DNA of 64,000 nucleotides from Gammaproteobacteria bacterium (GTDB taxonomy: Bacteria > Pseudomonadota > Gammaproteobacteria > JAJFKG01). The notes below the pieces were generated by a model. That model had not been told where the DNA came from and ran no database searches. It saw nothing but the letters and a program-made list of their open reading frames with translations. Made by a program: the position numbers and the translations under genes. Below are positions 1 to 9,829 of this stretch, piece by piece; position 1 is the stretch's first letter; every line of letters starts with the position of its first letter. The stretch is from the NCBI GenBank assembly GCA_965116795.1, contig OZ220716.1:2186503-2250502 (forward strand). Reading direction: 5' to 3'.

Positions 1-362
1 TCTTCAAACTTGGCTCCTGGAGAAGACAGTCTAGGCAATGACTCACTGTTGGCTGATTCAGGGCTTGGGATTTGTGATAATTTTCTAACTAAATTTCCGG
101 CCTGGGTTTCATGTAATTCAAATTCAAGATGCGCATCATCAAGCAACATACTAGAACAACCAGAATCATTTTTAATGGCTTCTTCAGAAATTCTTTTTAC
201 CTTTAGTTTTACATCTTCTTCTACCTCATGAGAATCGTGAAATCTTTGTAAACTAAATTTATATTTACTTTCACTGCCATCATGACTGTCAATCCTTTCT
301 AAATATACATACTGATTACCAAAGCGCCCACTGGGTCTGTCAATACTTATACCTTTAAACAT
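1..362 (-). CDS. Hypothetical protein, 5' part only (MFKGISIDRPSGRFGNQYVYLERID...), runs off the window edge; cargo-slot gene of prophage copy 1
   Basis: Manual translation: ATG at 362 with upstream AAGGA RBS, frame open to position 1; absent from the ORF track because it has no stop in the window. Confidence 0.7.
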   Translation of the reverse strand, partial: MFKGISIDRPSGRFGNQYVYLERIDSHDGSESKYKFSLQRFHDSHEVEEDVKLKVKRISEEAIKNDSGCSSMLLDDAHLEFELHETQAGNLVRKLSQIPSPESANSESLPRLSSPGAKFE

Positions 363-454
363 AGCTCAATTCCTTCTGTTTCAGATTGTCATAAGATATT
401 CATGCGCAAACGCCACGAACAACTCCTTGCTTAATTGCATTTAGCAAAGTGACT

Positions 455-680
455 ATTTTGCACGTAACAAAAAAGCACCTGCAACTAGCACGCAATGCTA
501 ACATTCTCTCAATTGGGGGCTTACATAATACAAACTGGCAGGATATTTTCGTCGGATATGGCATGTATTTTTTCGACGCTGTTTATTTGAAATGGCTTAC
601 TCCTTGCCGATGGCAATCATCCTAACCCACAAAAAGAATCAAAAGCAAATGATTATCGACCGCATAGACGGTAAAGCTGT
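455..680 (-). promoter_or_regulatory. Conserved ~230-nt leader element, copy A
   Basis: Block-wise similarity to 28792-28995 and 43885-44105; ends in a hairpin plus T-tract ~105 nt before the ATG at 362. Confidence 0.65.
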
Positions 681-704
681 TGGTAAAATTTTGCAGTCAC
701 TTGG

Positions 705-846
705 CTATTTCTGCCAGACATTAAGACAACCAACTATTTTCCTAAGCGTCATTTTCCATATTTGCCAGGCAGTGGTTCTGTCGCAGCCCAGTTGACGACA
801 AATTAATTTCCAGGAGACATGTTCAGCCCGTCGCCACAGCAGTTTG
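705..846 (-). pseudogene. 3' remnant of DUF6362-like HTH gene
   Basis: Translates KLLWRRAEHVSWKLICRQLGCDRTTAWQIWKMTLRKIVGCLNVWQK*, matching the C-terminus of 44138..44515. Confidence 0.85.
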
Positions 847-871
847 TGTTATCGATAGTTATGTGGTGAGC

Positions 872-1279
872 TTAGCGTTCAAATCCAAAGTGGACAAGTT
901 GCTCATCCCATAACAATGGAAATGGCGATAACATATCTTGCAAATCAAGCTCAGGGGGTTGGGTACCCTCTAATATGGCTTGCTTGATGTGGGGGGAGAG
1001 TAAATTCAAGCGCAGCAGACGCGATACGTAGGATGGACTCATTTGTTTATGTTCGGATAATTTACTAATCGATGAGAATTGCCCTACATCCAGCGCACGT
1101 TGCCAAACATAGGCGCGAGTGATGCCTTTAACCAGTGTTTCGTTAGGTTTAGCCGTAGTGGCTGTGGATAACATTTCTCCTTTAGGCAGCACCAACCACA
1201 TTTGGCCACGATAACGTTTTAATGTAATCGGCACTTTGATAGAAATGATCTCATCGTGCAGCGCTACTGTGGTTTGCAT
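872..1279 (-). CDS. Conserved small protein downstream of the serine recombinase (HTH-like, SYVSRLLRLNLLSP)
   Basis: 135 aa; near-identical paralog at 49762..50169; overlaps the recombinase 3' end. Confidence 0.8.
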   Translation of the reverse strand: MQTTVALHDEIISIKVPITLKRYRGQMWLVLPKGEMLSTATTAKPNETLVKGITRAYVWQRALDVGQFSSISKLSEHKQMSPSYVSRLLRLNLLSPHIKQAILEGTQPPELDLQDMLSPFPLLWDEQLVHFGFER

Positions 1280-2649
1280 GATGCACTCTGCTTTTTAAAT
1301 GCATTGGCTAAACTGGTTAAGCCGTGTGTTCTGACTTGAATATCCAAGTGGTCTTCGTACAAAATGACTTTGTCTATCATCAGTGACAATAATCGTTGTT
1401 GCTCAGCTGGAAATAATTCCTGCCAAATGGGGGCGATATTTTGTAACGTATTGCGCACGTCCATATCCGTAATAGTATTATCGTGTTTGGTGGCGGCTTT
1501 GTAGGTATCCATAATCAGATCAGGTGCGGTGACTAAGCGTTGCACTTGTTGCAATACACGCTCTTCCATTTCACGGGCACTGACTTGCTTAATTGGGCAG
1601 TCAGGGCACGTTCCTTTCTTATAGCCGGTAGCCACATAGTAGCGATAGAGTTTGCGGCTTTGTTGCTTAGCCGTATAGGTTGGCGTCATCGCGCGATAAC
1701 AGCCACCACATTGAACGATGCCAGTTAATACCGCACGACTGCGCCGTTTGCTATCCGAATCGCGTCGTCTAAGCCCTTCGCGTAATATGGCCTGCGTTGT
1801 GTCCCATAATTCCTGCGAAATAATGGACTCGTGTCTGCCTTCATACAGATTTTCTTTATGTTTAATCTTGCCAATGTAAATCGGGTTATTGAGAATTTTG
1901 TAAATACCGCCAACATCTAAAGGCATGCCACCAAACTCTCGGCCTTTTTTTGTGACACGCTTTTTACTGACTATCCCCATCGCAGGCAGTTGCTTGACTA
2001 TCAGTGTGGGTGATTTGGTTTGTATGAATAAATCAAAAATAGCGCGTACGCCTTTCGCTTCCTCATCAAGAATGTGCAGATGCCTCTCTTTCACCACATA
2101 CCCCATCGGCGTCACCCCACCCATCCACATGCCTTTGCGTTTAGAGGCAGCCAGCTTATCACGAATACGCTCCCCAATGACTTCACGTTCAAATTGAGCA
2201 AAGGATAATAAAATGTTTAAGGTTAATCGCCCCATGGATGTGGTGGTATTAAACTGCTGAGTAATTGACACAAAGGTTACGTGATGTCCATCAAATACAT
2301 CGACTAACTTAGCAAAATCAGGTAATGAGCGTGACAGACGATCGACTTTATACACCAGCACCGTATCAATACTGCCTTGACGAATATCATTTAATAATCG
2401 CGTTAATGCCGGTCTCTCTACATTGCCACCGCTAAAACCACCGTCGTCGTAGCGCTCTGGTAATAACTCCCAGCCCTCTTGTTTTTGCGACAAAATATAC
2501 GCTTCACACGATTCACGTTGCGCATCTAAGCTGTTAAACTCCATATCCAACCCCTCTTCAGTGGATTTGCGGGTATAAATGGCACAACGTTTTTTAACGA
2601 TAACAGGTTCATTAGTGGCTGATGTTTTTCGTTTAGATACTTTACTCAT
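1264..2649 (-). CDS. Large serine recombinase (resolvase + recombinase + Zn-ribbon)
   Basis: CAIYTRKS catalytic motif, DDGGFSG, DRLSRS, CGGC Zn-ribbon. Confidence 0.95.
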   Translation of the reverse strand: MSKVSKRKTSATNEPVIVKKRCAIYTRKSTEEGLDMEFNSLDAQRESCEAYILSQKQEGWELLPERYDDGGFSGGNVERPALTRLLNDIRQGSIDTVLVYKVDRLSRSLPDFAKLVDVFDGHHVTFVSITQQFNTTTSMGRLTLNILLSFAQFEREVIGERIRDKLAASKRKGMWMGGVTPMGYVVKERHLHILDEEAKGVRAIFDLFIQTKSPTLIVKQLPAMGIVSKKRVTKKGREFGGMPLDVGGIYKILNNPIYIGKIKHKENLYEGRHESIISQELWDTTQAILREGLRRRDSDSKRRSRAVLTGIVQCGGCYRAMTPTYTAKQQSRKLYRYYVATGYKKGTCPDCPIKQVSAREMEERVLQQVQRLVTAPDLIMDTYKAATKHDNTITDMDVRNTLQNIAPIWQELFPAEQQRLLSLMIDKVILYEDHLDIQVRTHGLTSLANAFKKQSASCKPQ

Positions 2650-3113
2650 CCTCTCACTCCCTTAGCACGATGCAATCCAAAAAATGCAACGCCTGACCAA
2701 TGATTACCAGTAATGTGCATCGCAATCTTGGATAAGCTTTTATAAACGCAGCCTTCATACTCATACCCTTTTTCTAATACGGTGATGCAATATTCTTTGC
2801 CTTTGTATTGACGCACTAAACGCGAACCCACTAGAGGACGAACAGTACGAGGGCGTTTAGGAGGTTTGCCGTTAGTAGTGAAATACTGTTTAGCACAGTC
2901 AGCTAAGCGTTGATTAATGCTGTTATCCACACTGTAAGCTAACTCTTGTAGGCGGTAAGTGAGTTTACTGATGATTAATGACCTCGCCCCCAATGGGGGT
3001 TTGGTGTTATAGAGTGTTCGCCACAGGAGCTTTAATTCGGTCAGCGACAAATTAGGAAGTAGCGTAATTTGTTTTAGCAAATCCGTGTTGGGCTTATCGT
3101 TACTGCTAGGCAT
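2646..3113 (-). CDS. DUF2924-like protein
   Basis: LxYRLQE..., GSRLVRQYKG, YKSLSKIAMHITGNHWSGVAFFGL; usual partner of this recombinase; start at MPSS after GAGGA RBS. Confidence 0.85.
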   Translation of the reverse strand: MPSSNDKPNTDLLKQITLLPNLSLTELKLLWRTLYNTKPPLGARSLIISKLTYRLQELAYSVDNSINQRLADCAKQYFTTNGKPPKRPRTVRPLVGSRLVRQYKGKEYCITVLEKGYEYEGCVYKSLSKIAMHITGNHWSGVAFFGLHRAKGVRG

Positions 3114-3129
3114 TGTTAATTCCTCTAAG

Positions 3130-3324
3130 TCATGATGTTGTTTCAGTCGCATCTACCCATATATTTGGAGCAATATCCAGTGGATTACCCTCATCAGGAC
3201 GCTTACTGCGCTGGCGTTGGCGCTGACGGTGCCGAATAAGGCCAAGGGCGAGTAATTTGGCGATTTCACAGCGACGTGATTGGGGGTGACTTGGTAAATT
3301 TGCGCTTGGTGAATTCATTGACAT
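3130..3324 (-). CDS. Small hypothetical protein upstream of DUF2924 (RRCEIAKLLALGLIR)
   Basis: Conserved in copy 2 (52023..52202); GGAGG RBS. Confidence 0.65.
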   Translation of the reverse strand: MSMNSPSANLPSHPQSRRCEIAKLLALGLIRHRQRQRQRSKRPDEGNPLDIAPNIWVDATETTS

Positions 3325-3587
3325 ATTTTCCTCCTGTCTGATCCACACAGCTGACAACAGCGTGATGACAAAAGGTTATTTATCGGAAACGTGCCAAAAA
3401 GTTGAAAATAATTATCATTAATACATTGTGTGCAATGTTGCACCAACCGTAAATGTGCCTTACTATTGGCCCTCTTCTTATTAATTCCAATAAGCGTCTT
3501 GCCAGAAACTAACGCCATAAAGTTGGCACAGTTACCTGGAGCATGCAGTTAATCGTATTCACGAATTAATTTTGGAGGAACTCACGG

Positions 3588-4985
3588 ATGAGTAGCACTC
3601 AAACTCAGTCATATTGCAACCAACACCAGCATGCACTACGGTATTTCTCACTTAAACCTCTTCACCATATTCAACAGCTTGCACATAACTTTGTAACGGT
3701 CAAAGGAATTGCTCAAGTGACATTGGTTGAATTTCGCTATAAAAGAGGTGGCGAAATAGAAAGTTTCTCGTCAGAAAATATATTAAGAACGTTAATTAGC
3801 AAAATCGCCAAATACGCATGCAATATGCCAACCTAGTGTATGCAAAGTTCAGAGTTTATTTAACAAACAGTAAAAAACCTATCGATGTTGAAATTCATGC
3901 AGGTGAACTGGTCAAACAAGAGCGATATCATCCTGCCATCTACCGATGGCTATGCAACCAACGGTTTGCTGATACACAATCACCTCATTCCATTTGCAAA
4001 TTACCAACAAAAAAAAATCGACACCTTTTTACCATGGCAAGCCTTAACCAGACTGCCACATTATCAGCATTGCTATGCGTATCTCTATCAACACTTCCAA
4101 GAAAACGATGATATTATTCCTCAGTGGTTTGAGCCAATACAACCAATAAATCATTTTTCTGACAAAAAAGACAGACAGCTATATCATTTAAACCTATTAA
4201 AATTAGCCGATCATGTTGCCAATTTGTTGGCTAAAACAGATGTCTTTTACAAATCAGTCACAACATTAAAAGATAAAACCTGTTGTGTACAAGCCGGTTT
4301 TTATGTGCCAAGAGGCACTGTCAAATGTCCGGTCTATGTGGGTGTAGCAATTGATGAAGGCGAGCTTGATGCTATTATCAATTTTCTTTTGCTTCACCAA
4401 ACGCCTGCCATTATGTTGCTGCCATCATTAGATAATGTCCCTCAAGACGTATTGCAAGCCATTTATTATAATAATAAGGCCATCATTGGATTAGACTCTC
4501 TGCAGCAAGGCAATACGTTGATTCATTCCTCAAAAGCAATCGATGCATTAAAATCCATACAAGTGGAGCAAAACAGACCTAAGAGGTTAGCACGCTGTAA
4601 GCCATTCCCTACACCTTCAGGTGCCAGTTGGCGTGATATCACCATAGAAATTGTTAACAATGCCAAAATAAATGTGACGTGTTGCTACAAAGGAAAGCGT
4701 GTCTTCGAATCATATGACTATGCAGAAATGGGCATGATCGACAATCGCACTAAATTAGCTGATCAACAATGGGATTTTTTATGTGGGTTCGCCGAAGAGT
4801 ATGGTTATTTCACCTGGGATAATCGACATGCCGATCGCAAACATAAAAAAACCAAGCAAAGGTTAATCAAGTTACTGAAAGCACACTTTGGCATTTATGA
4901 CAGTGATCCATTTGTTAATGAAAAAGATGAAAAAGGTCGTGTATGCTATCGCGCTGTCTTTAAAATACGGTTTAAAGATGAGTAG
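3588..4985 (+). pseudogene. Phage hypothetical protein split over ORFs 3588..3836, 3818..4111 and 3885..4985 (1-nt loss near 3801-3804, frame switch at A9 4009-4017)
   Basis: The joined pieces match 52455..53856; C-terminal PTPSGASWR...DQQWDFL region conserved. Confidence 0.7.
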
Positions 4986-5185
4986 CAAAGCTATGTGGCT
5001 CGCGGAGCAGTCCTACAAGAAGATTGAATCGGTGCATTAAACCTCGTACTTAACCTATGTTCTGTGCAGCGAAAATGATGTATAGGCAAAATCATAGGGG
5101 TGAACTCAAGCTGCCATTGGGGGCACAGGTAGTATCGTCAATGCGATTTTGGCAGCTATCATCACCCCCATGGGAACTACTACAC

Positions 5186-5440
5186 TTATTTTTCTTTATC
5201 AGATGGCACATCTTGGGGGCGCAGATTGTCACACAAATCGCAAACCTCCGCGAGCGTGTCTGCAAAGCTACATAACGTATCAAACAGTTCCTTTGAACTG
5301 GGATTGATAGCTTTCACTGTGATGTTGGCAATGCTCTTCATTTGGTGAAGTTTAACACACAGCGCTTCATACGAGCTGCGATAATTATCTTCATTGCTCT
5401 TTTCCAGGTTAGTGCGTTGCGATAGTATTGGCTTAGTCAT
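5186..5440 (-). CDS. Small helical hypothetical protein
   Basis: 84 aa, GGAGG RBS, paralog at 55911..56174. Confidence 0.75.
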   Translation of the reverse strand: MTKPILSQRTNLEKSNEDNYRSSYEALCVKLHQMKSIANITVKAINPSSKELFDTLCSFADTLAEVCDLCDNLRPQDVPSDKEK

Positions 5441-6060
5441 GACGTTGAACCTCCACGTTAGGTTTTAAGGTTGTGATTAGCCGTAGGGAGGTGGTTAGTA
5501 GCACCTTCCTGTGGCGCTAGTGATGATGATTGCTCTGTGTTTTCTTAATAGCAAGTTAATAATGGCAATAAGAACGGTTATTGCCCTTGTTAGCGATATT
5601 ATATGCCAGCTAGTCTAATGACCTTGCAAAATAAGGGCTATTACTGCCCTGATGAAGTAATACAACTATCCCGAACGCATGCATGAACTATCAATCATAA
5701 ACGTTAACTAAATTGTCTATTAACGTATTAATCCAGCTTGAAATGCTGTAAGCAACAATCGATATGACAAAAACGCTGTAGACGCTCTGTATACAACGAA
5801 CTCAATGCAAGTGCCACCCCTTGCCCTGCTCTACTTCACTAAACGTAATAAACCGCTTCTATGAAACGCTCAATGATGTAAACAATACGCAGCATACGTA
5901 GGGCTCTTAGAAACGTGTGTTAAGACGTGTTCTAAACTGCAAAAAACTCTTACTAAATTTGTAACAACTTGCTCTTCGAAAACCACTACTGATACAAGCG
6001 ATTGCCTACATGCTTTAGCGTGATATTCCAGTTTATAAACCCTTGCTTTTAATTTTCTTA

Positions 6061-6925
6061 GAGCCTGTTCAGAATCTTCTAATAGCCAACACTAAAAAAG
6101 CCAACACCACCATTTGCAAACTGGTATTCATTTTTCTTTCGCAGTTTTTCCATAGTCGCCGACATTTTTCAAGCCAGCCAAAGGAACGTTCGACTACCCA
6201 GCGTTTTGGTATTACAGCAAATTTATGTAATTCACTGCGTTTAGCTACCTCAACTGTCGCACCAATAATTTCTTGTATCGCCTCAGCAAAAGGGAGCCCC
6301 GTATAACCACCGTCTACTAACACATTTTGAACTGTATTCAAGTTATCTTTTGACTTTGTAAACATAACAATTGCACCTGCACGGTCTGTTATATTAGCCG
6401 TTGTAATGTGAATAGCATGCGGTAATCCTTGGGTATCCACAGCAATATGTCTCTTGATACCAGATATCTTCTTGCCCGCATCGTAACCCTTGTTTTCTGC
6501 TGTATCTGTGTTTTTTACACTTTGCGCATCGACAATGCAGAAACTGGTTTTTTCTTTGCGATTATCATCAACGCGTAATTCGGCAACCAATTTTTTTTAA
6601 AGCCTGCTCAAGTAGGCTTGGTTCTCCATCAACTTGTTCACTCCAAATTTGAAAATAGGCGTGGACGCTGCGCCATTTTGGAAAATCTTGGGGCAACATT
6701 CGCCATTGACAGGCTGTTTTCAATAAATAAAGTACCGAACAGAAAATATCATATAAATCATATTGTCTTGGACGCGTCTGCTTTCTAGCACTCAGCAATA
6801 ATGGCTCTATTAACGCAAATTGCTCTCGACTTATGTCACTTGGATATCCCCTGCGCATTTTAACTCCCTCTTAAATGATAACAGCGCAGATGTTAACTCT
6901 TTACTCTTGGATTTTGAACAGGCTC
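6061..6925 (-). mobile_element. IS5-family insertion sequence, 865 bp
   Basis: 16-bp terminal IRs (GAGCCTGTTCAGAATC, one mismatch), TTA target duplication at 6058-6060 and 6926-6928; empty site visible in copy 2 near 56848. Confidence 0.95.
6069..6858 (-). CDS. IS5-family transposase in two overlapping ORFs joined at an A8 tract
   Basis: YPSDIS..CQWRMLPQDFPKW; IVDAQSVK, GYDAGKKISGIKRHIAVD, VDGGY, KRWVVERSFGW. Confidence 0.9.
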
Positions 6926-7079
6926 TTAGCAAAATGACGCTTAACGCTTTGTTATTTATGGGTTTTTAGTGAATTTTGAGTTTAAGCAAACAACATTATT
7001 ATTTTATAATAATAAATGTATATTTATAAAAATAACAAAATAAAAAAACAAGTAAATAAAAATAACTAGTGTAAATAAG

Positions 7080-7720
7080 CGATGCTTGAAATTGTAATAT
7101 TCGTAAAACGTTTATAAACGCTATTTATGACATTTTTAGCCTAGAAAACGTGAGAAAAATAAATTAGACTGCGAACGTGAATGACAGATGAATTATCAGG
7201 ATTGCTCGTGTTGAGTATATTATTTTCGCAAGTGTAATAAAAAAATTATGTCAGAGAGTGTTACGCCGCGCTGTATCTGCAAACACGCACATCCGTGACA
7301 AGAGTAAAAACCAATGCGTAATTGATTTTAAATGTCGCACATAACGGTCATACAAGATCGTCACGCGCATTTCTACGTGCAGGTTATACCTAGGTAGCTG
7401 CTCGAGTTAAATCGTCGCTTAAAACGCTTTATTTTAATTCCAACATCTTAATAAATTTTTACGTGCAAGTGGATCAAGCATTCATACGCAAAAGCAAGAC
7501 GATCGAATTGGCTCAATCAGCACGCAATAGATCCACTGCAACAGCATGCAATAGCTCCACTTCGATCACACGTTAAGCCATCACGTTACTTAATTTCTTT
7601 TTGCGTTAACTGCACTTGCAAATTGCTAACATACAACCACTTCAACGAGACACGGCAATGCATAAATAACCTGTTTTTTTAGTGTCAATACCTACCATAG
7701 ACTTGATCCAAACTTTCTAT
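7080..7720 (-). ncRNA. Candidate large structured ncRNA, copy 1
   Basis: No conserved ORF; alignable with 56990-57655; two helices with compensatory changes; boundaries approximate. Confidence 0.45.
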
Positions 7721-7768
7721 TTTTACAAAAGAAAAAAATTAATACACCACATTCACTACAAAACAAAC

Positions 7769-8039
7769 ACGTTATCGTGCAACATATTTTTTGCAACAAA
7801 AAACCGATTTTATGTTAGAATTTTTAGTAAGCTCAGGAATGATTTAAACAACGCGAAGGCACGTGAACATGACTAGCTGTTAACGTTACGACATACAAGT
7901 TAGCTAAGCTAATACGTTACGAAAAACGTAAACAAAAGTTTGTCATTAACATAAATCAACACACAAATGTTAATAGCAACTTGAATACGTTATCGTGCAA
8001 CATCTTTTTTCTAGACACGATAGCAAAAGGTGATAGACT
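7769..8039 (+). promoter_or_regulatory. Two tandem units of a 24-bp box (ACGTTATCGTGCAACATMTTTTTT) plus extended -10; putative late promoters
   Basis: Boxes at 7769 and 7987, each exactly 47 nt before TAGAAT (7816) or TAGACT (8034) preceded by TGn. Confidence 0.55.
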
Positions 8040-8144
8040 CAGTACGTAGATGTGTTAACAATGGGAGCGTAGAAAACACAATACAAACAGCAGACGGTCA
8101 AATACAAATTGACACCGAAACATTCTAGAGAATCAAACAGCTAC

Positions 8145-8199
8145 GGGTCCTTCCTCGGGCTGAAACGCATACGGGCACCTGTTGCGCAATATTTCGCTA
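8145..8199 (+). other. Lambda-like cos site (cosQ/cosN-like), copy 1
   Basis: GGGTCCT-N21-GGGCACCTGTTG-CGC-AATA-TTTCGCTA versus lambda GGGTCCT-N23-GGGCGGCGACCT-CGC-GGGT-TTTCGCTA. Confidence 0.7.
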
Positions 8200-8225
8200 G
8201 CGTTAGAACAAAAAAAGTGGTTCGT

Positions 8226-8551
8226 GGTTTGCACCCTCATCATACAAAATCCTAATAAAATCAAATGCTTAACTCACAAAATTCACCATAAATGCTTTAA
8301 ACTGGGTTTGCACCAAATTATAGCTAACTCATTGAATTTTTAGATATTATCTTGAAAAAATGGACTGCAAACCTAAAACGCAACCAGGTTTGCGGCTATT
8401 CTAGGTTAACCTATTGAATCTTAAGCGTTATTTCTGAAAAAACCCTTGCAAACCCGTCAATCAACAGGGTTTGCAGTTAATTTATCTAACCCATTGAATT
8501 TACAGCTTTTTACCTAATTCTCAGTGCAAACCTCCACTGGCCGGGTTTGCA
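8226..8551. repeat. ~80-bp periodic array of GGTTTGCA/TGCAAACC inverted motifs with IHF-like boxes (cosB-like)
   Basis: GGTTTGC at 8226, 8305, 8387, 8468, 8544; TGCAAACC at 8366, 8447, 8525; AATCAAATGCTTA (IHF consensus) at 8259-8271. Confidence 0.75.
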
Positions 8552-8614
8552 CATTCGCTTGCACTTGGCTTGAGGTTTTGGCGCCTCATTCAACCCACTT
8601 GAAAAGGATTTACC

Positions 8615-8811
8615 ATGGACTTGACGGTTCAACAGACACTGCTGGATAAGCTCGTGCCCTATGCCCGTAATGCACGTACCCATAGCGATGCACAGGTGGC
8701 ACAAATCGCGGCCTCCATTGCCGAGTTCGGCTTTGTGAATCCAGTGCTGATTGGCTCTGACCATGTCATCATCGCTGACCACGGTCGTGTACTCGCCGCA
8801 CAACAGCTCAG
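8615..8811 (+). pseudogene. 5' stub of ParB-domain DNA methyltransferase
   Basis: First ~65 aa match 58597..59838 (PYARNARTHSDAQVAQIAASIAEFGF), then homology stops. Confidence 0.9.
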
Positions 8812-8865
8812 ACTTAACTCTGTGCTTACTTACTACCCTCCTTGTTTACTCCAGTTACAAAATGC

Positions 8866-9816
8866 TTAGGAAGAGAATTTCCATAAATTATGTATCTTTT
8901 GAATGGATGGTGCTGTTGCTCTCACCTTTTTTCTGCCACATGTTTCCCATTTTGTTAAGCTGCTCACACTAACCTTAATTTTTTTTGCGCATGCGATTTT
9001 GCTTAAGCCCAATGCTTTTCTACGTTTTATAATGGCATTTCCCGTTAAGACTTTAGGTGGTGCCACCGTCTCCTTTGCTTTTTTTCTATTTTGAGATTTT
9101 TCTATATCATCCAAATCAAAATTAAAAATACCTGAAACCTCTGAAGAAGATAGCCGATTACCTCTTCCTTTTTGAGTGGATGTTATATCACTGACAACTT
9201 GATGGATATTTATCATCTCTTCATGATCCACACCTCTTAATTTAAATAGCTCAGCCGGTAAATCATCTAATCTAGTCCCCACACCATAAAGCGTTGCTGC
9301 AATATGTTTACACATCGATGCCCAGTCTGGGCAATTACACTTGAATTGAATTTCTTGGGATAAAGGAAACAAACCATTTCTTTGATGACATACTATATCC
9401 ATTACACCTGAAGATAACTTGCCTGCAAGCAAATCTAATACGGAATGTATCTTTCCTTGACAGGTTCTCTTGATATTTTTCCATTTGCTAATGGATAATG
9501 AAGCAATTGTGATTTTAACGTTATACAACGCACTGCCGGATACGATGGCGTTAATCTCACCTTCATTGATTTCTAAGTGACAGACTGATCCATTACGTAC
9601 ATAGGTTCTTCCTCTGGGTAAACGGTTATCAAAATCACTAAATGCCTCAATATGATCACACCATGCCTTACCCCAGAATGTTGTTGCAATTTTTCTCCCT
9701 GCAGTTTGCACAGGAGATATCTGCTTTCCTTTTTTTTTGAGTTTTGCTATCTTGCTTTGCGCTTGTGCTCGCCGTTTTGCAACAGGAACATATGGTTTGT
9801 AATAACCCCATGCCAT
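8866..9816 (-). CDS. SWIM zinc-finger protein with C-terminal XRE-type HTH
   Basis: CNCPDWASMCKH SWIM motif, NRLPRGRTYVRNGSV; C-terminal RRKALGLSK...VSVSSLTKWE. Confidence 0.9.
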   Translation of the reverse strand: MAWGYYKPYVPVAKRRAQAQSKIAKLKKKGKQISPVQTAGRKIATTFWGKAWCDHIEAFSDFDNRLPRGRTYVRNGSVCHLEINEGEINAIVSGSALYNVKITIASLSISKWKNIKRTCQGKIHSVLDLLAGKLSSGVMDIVCHQRNGLFPLSQEIQFKCNCPDWASMCKHIAATLYGVGTRLDDLPAELFKLRGVDHEEMINIHQVVSDITSTQKGRGNRLSSSEVSGIFNFDLDDIEKSQNRKKAKETVAPPKVLTGNAIIKRRKALGLSKIACAKKIKVSVSSLTKWETCGRKKVRATAPSIQKIHNLWKFSS

Positions 9817-9829
9817 ACTCTTCTCCTCA

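Larger units (their letters stand above)
455..8811. mobile_element. Degenerate prophage copy 1 (recombinase module, long non-coding region, cos-like site; replication and morphogenesis genes missing)
   Basis: Gene-for-gene and intergenic homology with 43885-58795. Confidence 0.85.

Noticed and set aside
10-231. Plus-strand 73-aa ORF
   Set aside because: Antisense shadow of the minus-strand gene starting at 362, which has an RBS
3885-4008. N-terminus of the 366-aa ORF as given in the ORF track
   Set aside because: This frame has stops in copy 2; the conserved frame here is that of 3818..4111
8226-8551. CRISPR-like periodicity
   Set aside because: Repeats are short and degenerate, the intervening DNA is conserved between copies, and no cas genes are present
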